Origin: an uncultured delta proteobacterium
Lineage (GTDB): Bacteria > Myxococcota_A > UBA9160 > UBA4427
Length of the DNA stretch: 64,000 bases
Reading direction: 5' to 3'
Assembly (NCBI GenBank): GCA_963822965.1
Contig: CAWGJT010000006.1
Coordinates: forward strand, 384,001-448,000
The notes under the pieces are model-generated. The model searched no databases. It worked only from the letters and a program-made list of their open reading frames with translations, and was not told where the DNA came from. A program made the position numbers and the translations under genes. Positions 55,666 through 64,000 of the stretch are shown piece by piece. How positions within the stretch are numbered: the stretch's first letter is position 1; every line of letters starts with the position of its first letter.

Positions 55666-58600
55666 ATGGAACGCACCCGATTCTCGTCGCTGCTCGGCGC
55701 ACTCGCCGCGACCGCTCTTGTCGTAGGCCTGGCGCTGCCGGCCCTCGCTCAGCGTGACTTCCTGACCTTCGAGAGCGGGCCCGTACGCCCGGTGGCGCTG
55801 TCTCCCGACGGAACCCGGCTCTTCGTCACGAACATCCCGGACGACCGGCTCGAGATCTTCGACGTGGTGGCCGGCGTGCTCACCCACACCGGCTCGGTGC
55901 CCGTCGGCATGGAGCCCGTGGCGGTCGCCGCACGCACCAACGACGAGGTTTGGGTGGTGAACCACCTGTCGGACAGCATCAGCATCGTCGACCTGACGGC
56001 GACGCCGCCCACCGTCACGCGGACGCTGCTGGTCGGCGACGAGCCGCGCGACATCGTGTTCGCGGGTACCGGCGGCAACCGCGCGTTCATCACCACCGCG
56101 CACCGCGGCCAGCAGCGCACCGACCCCTCCATCGCGAGCGTTCCGGGGGCGGGCGACCCGCAGCTCACCACCGAGGGCATCGGTCGGGCGGACGTGTGGG
56201 TCTTCGACGCCACGAGCCTCGGGAGCACGATCGGTGGCACGCCGATCCGCATCCTCACCTTCTTCGGCGACACGCCGCGGGCCCTGGCGACGACGCCCGA
56301 CGGCAGCACCGTCTACGTGGCCGTCTTCCAATCGGGCAACCAGACCACCTCGATCATCGAGACCTCGGTGTGCGACGGCTTCGACTCCGCCAGCCCCTGC
56401 AACATCAGCGGCTCGACGGCGCCGGGCGGCATCCCCGGACCGAGCGACAACGCCGATGGCGCGCAGGCGCCGGAGACCGGGCTGATCGTCAAGTTCGACG
56501 GGTCCAACTGGCGGGACGTCGCCGGCCGAAACTGGAGCCCCCTCGTCCGCTTCGACCTGCCCGATCACGACGTCTTCTCGATCAACGCCAACACCCTCTC
56601 GTCGGGCTCGGTGGTCGAGTACGACCACGTGGGCACGATCCTCTTCAACATGGCGGTGAACCCCGTCAGCGGGAAGGTCTACGTCACGAACACCGAGTCG
56701 CCCAACAACGTGCGCTTCGAAGGCCCCGGCAACCACGGCGGCAGCACCGTGCAGGGCCACCTCTCCGAGAGCCGCATCACGGTGCTCGACCCCGCCGGCC
56801 CGTCCGTCGACCCCCAGCACCTGAACCAGCACATCGACTACAGCAAGCTGCACACCGACGTGCCGGACCTCGTCGACACCGCCGCCCGGAACCACAGCCT
56901 CGCCACGCCGCTGCAGCCGGTGGTCTCGAGCGACGGCAACACCATCTACATGGCGGCGTTCGGCTCGGCCAAGATCGGCGTGTTCTCGTCCAGCGCCATC
57001 GAGGACCCGAGCTTCGAATCGAACTTCGACCCGACCGTCGCCAGCGCCAGCTATCTCTCCGCCCCCGGCGGCGGGCCGGCCGGCCTGGCCCTGGACGAGG
57101 GGAACGACCGGCTCTACGTGCTGACGCGCTTCGACAACTCGGTCTCGGCCATCGACCTCACGAGCGGCATCACCGCCCAGACCATCGCCCTGCACAACCC
57201 GGAGCCGCCCAAAGTCATCGAGGGACGGCCCTTCCTGTACGACGCCTTCAACACGTCGGGCAACGGCGAGGCGTCCTGCGCGAGCTGCCACATCTTCGGC
57301 GACCTGGACGGGGTGATCTGGAACCTCGGCGACCCGGACGCCAGCGTCTCCACGAATCCCAACCAGCCCCAGGTGATCGGGTCCCAGACGCCCTTCCATC
57401 CCATGAAGGGCCCGATGACGACCCAGACCCTGCGCGGCCTGCAGTTCGACGGCGGCATGCACTGGCGCGGCGACCGGGTGAACGGCTTCTTCGGGATCGA
57501 TCCGTGCACCGATTCGCTGGCCTCCGCGTGCAACGAGGACTTCTCGTTCCGGAACTTCATCGTGGCCTTCGAAGGCCTGGTGGGGCACGACGGCGTGATC
57601 GCCACCTCGGACATGCAGAAGTTCGCCGACTTCGCGCTCGAGATCGTGCTGCCGCCGAACCCGGTGCGCGCCCTCGACAACTCGCTGAACGCCACCCAGG
57701 CCGAGGGCAAGAAGCACTACTTCGCGGCGGGCGAGATCGGCGCGCCGCCCGGCGCGGACGGCGCAGGCAACGACGCCGGCGTGCTGAGCTGCAACCAGTG
57801 CCACACCCTGCGGCCCTCGATCGGCGCCTTCGGCACGGGCGGCTCCCAGAGCTTCGAGGGCGAGACCCAGGAGTTCAAGATCCCGCACCTGCGCAACGCC
57901 TACGCGAAGGTCGGCATGTTCGGCATCTCGAGCGCCGGAGGCGTCAACCTCGGCCCGCAGGTGCGCGGCTCGGGCTTCCTGCACGACGGCGCCGTGGACA
58001 CGCTCAAGAACTTCCTCTCCTCGAGCGTCTTCAACCTGACCAACACCGAGGAGCTCCAGCTCGAGCAGTTCGTGCTCGCCTTCGACAACGACATCGCACC
58101 CATCGTGGGCCAGCAGGTGACCCTCGACGCCACCAACGCGGGGGTGGTGGGACCGCGCATCGACCTGATGATCCAGCGCCAGGACGCGACCTTCGATTCG
58201 CTGCTGCTCTTCGGGACCCAGGGCGAGTGCGAGGTGGTGGTCAAGGGCAACATCGGCGGTGCGCTGCGGGGCTTCGTGCGCCTCTCGAACGGCATGTTCC
58301 AGGACGACCTGAACAACCTCCACACGGACGCCGAGGTGCGGGCCTTCGCGGTGAGCGACGGTCCGCTCACGTACACCTGTGCGCCCCCCGGCTCCGGCCA
58401 GCGCATGGGCATCGACCGGGACGGCGACGACCTGAGCGACGGCGTGGAGACGGCGACCGGGATCTACGTGGGCCCGAACGACACGGGCTCGGATCCGGCG
58501 AACCCCGACACGGACGGGGACGGCACGCCCGACGGCCTGGACCCCGACCCCAACAACCCGAACATCAGCCTGACCACCGTGCCGCTGCTCGACGGCGGAT

Positions 58601-58677
58601 CGCTGGTGGTCTACGCCCTGGTGCTGCTGGCGACGGGCTTCGTGGTGAGGCGACGGCTGGGCTTCCAGGCTCGCTGA
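55666..58677 (+). CDS. Secreted YVTN/YncE beta-propeller fused to a di-heme cytochrome c peroxidase/MauG-like domain, with Ca-binding repeats and a C-terminal sorting signal
   Basis: Signal ending ALA; VPVGMEPVAV..VWVVNHLSDSISIVD; CASCH and CNQCH; TQTLRG..MHWRGDR; FKIPHLRN; FLHDG; DxDGDG repeats; VPLL+TM+RRR tail. Confidence 0.85.
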   Translation: MERTRFSSLLGALAATALVVGLALPALAQRDFLTFESGPVRPVALSPDGTRLFVTNIPDDRLEIFDVVAGVLTHTGSVPVGMEPVAVAARTNDEVWVVNHLSDSISIVDLTATPPTVTRTLLVGDEPRDIVFAGTGGNRAFITTAHRGQQRTDPSIASVPGAGDPQLTTEGIGRADVWVFDATSLGSTIGGTPIRILTFFGDTPRALATTPDGSTVYVAVFQSGNQTTSIIETSVCDGFDSASPCNISGSTAPGGIPGPSDNADGAQAPETGLIVKFDGSNWRDVAGRNWSPLVRFDLPDHDVFSINANTLSSGSVVEYDHVGTILFNMAVNPVSGKVYVTNTESPNNVRFEGPGNHGGSTVQGHLSESRITVLDPAGPSVDPQHLNQHIDYSKLHTDVPDLVDTAARNHSLATPLQPVVSSDGNTIYMAAFGSAKIGVFSSSAIEDPSFESNFDPTVASASYLSAPGGGPAGLALDEGNDRLYVLTRFDNSVSAIDLTSGITAQTIALHNPEPPKVIEGRPFLYDAFNTSGNGEASCASCHIFGDLDGVIWNLGDPDASVSTNPNQPQVIGSQTPFHPMKGPMTTQTLRGLQFDGGMHWRGDRVNGFFGIDPCTDSLASACNEDFSFRNFIVAFEGLVGHDGVIATSDMQKFADFALEIVLPPNPVRALDNSLNATQAEGKKHYFAAGEIGAPPGADGAGNDAGVLSCNQCHTLRPSIGAFGTGGSQSFEGETQEFKIPHLRNAYAKVGMFGISSAGGVNLGPQVRGSGFLHDGAVDTLKNFLSSSVFNLTNTEELQLEQFVLAFDNDIAPIVGQQVTLDATNAGVVGPRIDLMIQRQDATFDSLLLFGTQGECEVVVKGNIGGALRGFVRLSNGMFQDDLNNLHTDAEVRAFAVSDGPLTYTCAPPGSGQRMGIDRDGDDLSDGVETATGIYVGPNDTGSDPANPDTDGDGTPDGLDPDPNNPNISLTTVPLLDGGSLVVYALVLLATGFVVRRRLGFQAR

Positions 58678-58719
58678 GGAAGAGGCCGAGCAAGAGAGAC
58701 CGGCGCGAGCGAACGGCCG

Positions 58720-58759
58720 GCGGCGACGGGCGCGGACGCGGCTCCGCGCCCGTCGCCGC
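58720..58759. terminator. 17-bp stem-loop after the cytochrome gene (no U tract)
   Basis: GCGGCGACGGGCGCGGA-6nt-TCCGCGCCCGTCGCCGC. Confidence 0.55.
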
Positions 58760-58863
58760 GGCGTCTCCGCACGGGACTGACGCCGCGATCCGGGCTACGC
58801 TCGCCGGCCGCCCGCCCCCACGGACGACCCCGAAGCGCCACAGCCTCCCCGGACCGAGCCAGG

Positions 58864-59880
58864 ATGGACACGGAAGCCACCCTCAGCGAGGCATGCGACC
58901 AGATCGCAGCGTGCCGCGACGCCGACGCCCTCAAGGACGTCGAACGCCACTACCTCGGGCGCAAGGGCGTCGTCGCCGCGGCCCTGGCGACGATCGGCGG
59001 GCTTCCGCCCGACGAGCGCAAGGCGGTGGGACAGAGCGCGAACCGCCTGAAGCAGGCCATCCAGGAGCGGGTGGACGCCCGCGCCGCGGAGCTCGAGGCC
59101 ACGCGCCTCGCCGCCGAGCGCTCGGGCGCGGGCTTCGATCCGACCCTGCCGCCGGCCCGGCTCGAGACCGGCTCCCTGCATCCGGTCACCCAGGTGACCC
59201 GGGAGCTCGAGGATCTCTTCCTGTCCATGGGCTACAGCGTGCTCGACGGCCCCGAGGTGGAGCTCGACCACTACAACTTCGAGGCGCTGAACATCCCGCG
59301 CGACCATCCGGCCCGGGACAGCCACGACACCTTCTTCTGCGACGACGAGGGCCGGCTCGTGCTGCGGACCCACACCTCGCCGGTGCAGGTTCGCGCCATG
59401 GAGCAGCTCGCCCCGCCGTTCCGGGTGATCGCCCCGGGGCGCTGCTTCCGCCAGGAGACCACCGACGCGAGCCACGACCACACCTTCTACCAGATGGAGG
59501 GCATGGTGGTGGGTCGCGATGTCTCGGTGGGGCACCTGATCGGCGCCATGCGCACCCTGCTCCGCGGCATCTTCCGGCGGGATCTCGACGTCCGGCTGCG
59601 ACCCGGGTACTTCCCCTTCGTCGAGCCGGGCTTCGAGCTCGACGCCCGCTGCCCGTTCTGCGAGGACGGCTGCAGCGTCTGCAAGCGCACCACCTGGATC
59701 GAGCTGCTGCCCTGCGGTCTCGTGCACCCGAACGTGCTTCGGGCCGGCGGCATCGACCCGGAGACGTGGAGCGGCTTCGCGTTCGGCCTGGGCCTCTCGC
59801 GCCTGGTGATGCTGCGCTACGGGATCGACGACGTGCGCCACCTGTTTGCGGGCGACCTGCGCTTCCTGGAGCAGTTCTGA
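58864..59880 (+). CDS. pheS: Phenylalanine-tRNA ligase alpha subunit
   Basis: NFEALNIPRDHPARDSHDTF, LRTHTSPVQ, FYQMEG, YFPFVEPG, GFAFGLG. Confidence 0.97.
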   Translation: MDTEATLSEACDQIAACRDADALKDVERHYLGRKGVVAAALATIGGLPPDERKAVGQSANRLKQAIQERVDARAAELEATRLAAERSGAGFDPTLPPARLETGSLHPVTQVTRELEDLFLSMGYSVLDGPEVELDHYNFEALNIPRDHPARDSHDTFFCDDEGRLVLRTHTSPVQVRAMEQLAPPFRVIAPGRCFRQETTDASHDHTFYQMEGMVVGRDVSVGHLIGAMRTLLRGIFRRDLDVRLRPGYFPFVEPGFELDARCPFCEDGCSVCKRTTWIELLPCGLVHPNVLRAGGIDPETWSGFAFGLGLSRLVMLRYGIDDVRHLFAGDLRFLEQF

Positions 59881-62318
59881 TGCTCGTCTCCTACCGCTGG
59901 CTCGCGCGCCACGTGGATCTCGAGGGCATCGACGCCTCGCAGCTCGCGGCGGACCTCACGCTCTCGACCGCCGAGGTCGAAGGCGTGGAGCGCTTCGCCC
60001 CGCAGCTCTCGGACGTGGTGGTGGGGCACGTGGTGGAGCGCGAGCCCCACCCGGACGCGGACAAGCTCTCGGTGTGTCGGGTGGACGTGGGGGCCGCGGG
60101 CGGCGGCGCACCGCTTGCCATCGTGTGCGGCGCGCCGAACGTGGCCCGGGGCCAGAAGGTGGCCGTCGCCGTGGTGGGCACGACCCTCCCCGGCGACTTC
60201 AAGATCAAGCGCTCGAAGATCCGCGGCGTCGAGTCCCTGGGCATGATCTGCTCGCGCAAGGAGCTCGAGATCGGCGACGACCACGACGGCATCTGGGTGC
60301 TGCCCGAGTCCGCCGAGACGGGTCGGCCCGTGGCCGCCGCCCTGGGCGTCGACGACTGGGTGATCGAGATCGACAACAAGTCGCTGACGCACCGACCCGA
60401 CCTCTGGGGCCACCGCGGGATGGCCGGCGAGGTGGCGGCCATCACCCGCCGCGCGCTGCGCCCTCTCGACTGCAGCCTTCCGGCGACGGGTGGCGGCCCG
60501 CCGTTCCCGGTCCGCATCGCGTCCGGAAGCTGCCCTCGCTACCTGGGCCTGCTGATCGAAGGGGCTCGCGCCGACGCGTCCCCCGACTGGCTGCGCTGGC
60601 TGCTGCTCGCCGTGGGACAGCGCCCCATCGACGTGCTGGTCGACCTCTCGAACTTCGTCATGCTCGACCTGGGCCAGCCGAACCACGCGTTCGACGCCTC
60701 GCGGCTCGACGCCGACGGCATCCTCGTGCGCGACGCGCGCCCGGGAGAGAGCCTGACCACCCTCGACGGCGAGGCCCGCCGCCTCGCTCCCGCCGACCTG
60801 CTGATCTGCTCGGGCGACGAGCCGGTCGCCCTCGCCGGCATCATGGGCGGCCTCGCCTCGAAGGTGGGCGGCGACACGAGCCGCCTGCTGCTCGAGGTGG
60901 CGGCGTTCGACGCGCCGACCATCCGGCGCACGTCGGCCCGCCTGGGCCTGCGCACCGATTCGTCCGCGCGCTTCGAGAAGAGCCTGTCGCCCACCCTCGT
61001 CCCCCAGGCGGCGGGACACTTCGCGCGCCTGCTGCACGGCCTGCAGCCCGACGTCGTGTTTCCGGCGCCGCCCACCGACGTGGGCGAGTGGCGGGACCCG
61101 GCGCTGTCCCTGCGGCTGCGTCCGGCCCGGGTGCGCGCGGCGCTGGGCGCCGACGTCCCCGACGAAGAGATCGCCGACATCCTCGAGCGACTGCACTTCG
61201 GCGTCGCGCGGGAGACGGATGCCAGCCTGCGGGTCGACGTGCCCTCGGTGCGCGCCACCAAGGACGTCACCCTCGAGCAGGACCTCGTCGAGGAGATCGG
61301 CCGCATCCACCGCTACGGCAGCATCCCCGAGCAGACCATGCTGGCCGCCGTGGAGCCGCCGCGGACGGACCCGCGGCGCGACCTCGTGCGTCGCATCCAG
61401 GACCGCCTGGCCGGCGCGGCCCGCTTCCACGAGGCGCTCAGCTACTCGTTCGTCTCCGACGCCATCGTCGCGAAGCTCGGCCAGCAGGACCTGCCCCACA
61501 TCATCGTGCGCAACCCCGTCGACCAGGCGGAGTCGCGGGTGCGGCGCTCGGTGCTGCCTTCGCTGCTCGCCGACCTCGAGGCCAACCGCCGCAGCCGGAC
61601 GGACGTGCGCCTCTTCGAGATCGGCAAGGGCTACCGCCCCGAGCACGCCAACGCGCGCGGCGAGCCCGGCGAGGTCCACGAGGTGGCCCTCGTGCACGCA
61701 TCGTCTCCGGACGTGGTGGGAGAGCGCTTCGACGACGATCGCTTCCACCAGCTCCAGGGGGTGGTGACCGACCTGCTCGCCTGGGTGGGGGTTCCGCAGC
61801 CGGTGTGGGACGTTCCCGAGGCGCCGGCACCCGCCTGGGCGCACCCCGCACGCTGCCTGGTGGCACGGGCAGCGGGTGCCGCGCAGCCGCTGGCGACCGT
61901 CGCGAACCTCGAGCCCGGCCTGTGCCGCGCGGTCGGCCTCGGCGGCGACCTCGCCAGCGACGTGGCGGCGGCGGAGATCTCCATCGACGCGCTGCTCGCG
62001 AGCGAGCGGCGCGTCCGGCCCTACCGGCCGATCCCGCGCTACCCCGGCGTGAAGCTCGACGTCGCCGTCGACCTGCCGGAGGCGACCCGCGCCGCCGAGC
62101 TGGTGACGGTGATCGAGGCCGCGGGCCGGGGACAGGTGGCCGGCACCGAGCTCTTCGACGTCTACCGGGGCCGCAACGTCGAGAGCGGCCGCAAGTCCCT
62201 CGCCTATCACGTGCTGCTGCAGTCCGAGGCGAAGACCCTGAGCGACAAGGACCAGGCGAAGTTCCTGAGCCGCCTCGAGAAGGGCCTCGAGGCCATCGAC
62301 GGGCGCCTGCGACGCTGA
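59880..62318 (+). CDS. pheT: Phenylalanine-tRNA ligase beta subunit
   Basis: HPDADKL, IVCGAPN, IRGVESLGMICS, LAGIMGG, RTDSSARFEK, DLVEEIGR, FDVYRG..GRKSLAY; TGATG coupling to pheS. Confidence 0.97.
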   Translation: MLVSYRWLARHVDLEGIDASQLAADLTLSTAEVEGVERFAPQLSDVVVGHVVEREPHPDADKLSVCRVDVGAAGGGAPLAIVCGAPNVARGQKVAVAVVGTTLPGDFKIKRSKIRGVESLGMICSRKELEIGDDHDGIWVLPESAETGRPVAAALGVDDWVIEIDNKSLTHRPDLWGHRGMAGEVAAITRRALRPLDCSLPATGGGPPFPVRIASGSCPRYLGLLIEGARADASPDWLRWLLLAVGQRPIDVLVDLSNFVMLDLGQPNHAFDASRLDADGILVRDARPGESLTTLDGEARRLAPADLLICSGDEPVALAGIMGGLASKVGGDTSRLLLEVAAFDAPTIRRTSARLGLRTDSSARFEKSLSPTLVPQAAGHFARLLHGLQPDVVFPAPPTDVGEWRDPALSLRLRPARVRAALGADVPDEEIADILERLHFGVARETDASLRVDVPSVRATKDVTLEQDLVEEIGRIHRYGSIPEQTMLAAVEPPRTDPRRDLVRRIQDRLAGAARFHEALSYSFVSDAIVAKLGQQDLPHIIVRNPVDQAESRVRRSVLPSLLADLEANRRSRTDVRLFEIGKGYRPEHANARGEPGEVHEVALVHASSPDVVGERFDDDRFHQLQGVVTDLLAWVGVPQPVWDVPEAPAPAWAHPARCLVARAAGAAQPLATVANLEPGLCRAVGLGGDLASDVAAAEISIDALLASERRVRPYRPIPRYPGVKLDVAVDLPEATRAAELVTVIEAAGRGQVAGTELFDVYRGRNVESGRKSLAYHVLLQSEAKTLSDKDQAKFLSRLEKGLEAIDGRLRR

Positions 62319-62343
62319 GCGCGAAACCACGGAGGCCGTGCGC

Positions 62344-63126
<783 letters not shown>

Positions 63127-63240
63127 GCCCCGGCCAGGCCGAGGCGGCCGGCCAGGGGGCTGGCCGACACCAGACAGGCGTCGGGCTCCACGCCGAAGAA
63201 GCCCGCCCAGAACGAGTCGATCGGCCGGGCGGCCGGTACG

Positions 63241-64000
63241 TCAGGCCAGCATGGAGAGGGTCAGCTTGCGCTGGCGCTCCCGGACCAGGTCCGGCGACTC
63301 CTCCTCGAACACCTCGTCGGGCTCGATGCGGAAGATGGGCTGGCCGGCCTTCACGATGGCGCCGTCGGAGTCCTTCATGAGGTTCTCGACGATGGTGCCC
63401 GAACACGGCGCCAGCACCTTGTTGAACATCTTCATCACCTCGATGACGAAGAGGGGCTGCCCGGCCTCGAAGTGGTCTCCCGCTTCGATCAGCAGGGGCA
63501 GTTGCGGGGCCTCCCGGCCGTAGAAGGCTCCCCCGCTGGGCGCCACGATCTCGTTCGGGCTCGCCTTCGGCGGCGGCGCCAGCAGCCGGGTGAGCGACTC
63601 CACCTCGGAGGACTCGGAGCCCGGCCGGAAGCGCTCGGGAAACACGGGCTCCAGCGCCGCGTCGACGCCCACCTCGAGGAAGCCCGCCCGCAGCCCCAGG
63701 CGGGGGATCAGGAGCAAGAGCTCCAGCCCGATCTGGAAGCCCCGGTGCGCAGCCACGCAGCGCGGCCACAGGGCGGTGTCGGGACCCGCGAAGGCGTCCG
63801 GCGGCCCGCCGGCGAGGATCGCCTGGAGGCTGTCCCAGTCCTTCGCACCGGTTCGCAGCTGCAGCTCACCGTAGAAGTCGAGGGCACCGCGGAGCTGGTC
63901 CCAGTCGTCCTCCCAGATCATCTCCGAGGGCGGCTTGGTCTCGGTGAAGTCCATGTCCAGGTAGTGGTACAGCTCGCGCAGGAAGACCACCGGGTTGTCG
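63241..64000 (-). CDS. C-terminal part of a biotin-dependent carboxylase (biotinyl domain); 5' end outside the window
   Basis: IVAPSGGAFY, IEVMKMFNKVLAPCSGTI biotin-attachment motif; frame open to the edge. Confidence 0.88.
   Translation of the reverse strand, partial: DNPVVFLRELYHYLDMDFTETKPPSEMIWEDDWDQLRGALDFYGELQLRTGAKDWDSLQAILAGGPPDAFAGPDTALWPRCVAAHRGFQIGLELLLLIPRLGLRAGFLEVGVDAALEPVFPERFRPGSESSEVESLTRLLAPPPKASPNEIVAPSGGAFYGREAPQLPLLIEAGDHFEAGQPLFVIEVMKMFNKVLAPCSGTIVENLMKDSDGAIVKAGQPIFRIEPDEVFEEESPDLVRERQRKLTLSMLA

Noticed and set aside
55950..59879. 2122-aa ORF appearing to extend PheT by about 1300 aa
   Set aside because: The upstream part is an Arg/Pro-rich off-frame shadow of the cytochrome gene and pheS; the real pheT starts at ATG 59880, coupled to the pheS stop

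Overview
Very GC-rich chromosomal window from a diderm bacterium: it encodes an OMP, an autotransporter, lipoproteins and signal peptidase I, and the gene content is suggestive of Myxococcota (an inference only). About 50 real CDSs are present; most long Arg/Pro/Gly-rich ORFs in the track are off-frame shadows. Contents in order: pepN (partial, one frameshift); two MATE pumps; two parallel divergent modules, LysR-purA and LysR-guaB, covering both exits of the IMP branch point; lepB; two PhyH dioxygenases; a lipoprotein fusing cyclohexadienyl dehydratase-like and chorismate mutase domains; acyl-CoA enzymes; an autotransporter; a sulfotransferase/DUF1214-like pair sharing a 19-bp bidirectional promoter; a 7-gene run linking acyl-CoA catabolic genes to methanethiol oxidase-like (SBP56) and SCO genes; two tandem ABC-2 exporter operons behind a candidate leader-peptide attenuator; a zinc-ribbon Ser/Thr kinase (frameshifted) with a PP2C; a surface beta-propeller/di-heme protein; pheST; a sirtuin; and the 3' end of a biotin-dependent carboxylase. 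Non-coding elements are a MITE, a dispersed double-hairpin repeat family and several tandem repeats seeded at stop codons. No rRNA, tRNA, CRISPR array or transposase was seen. No database searches were run; family calls come from motif recognition.
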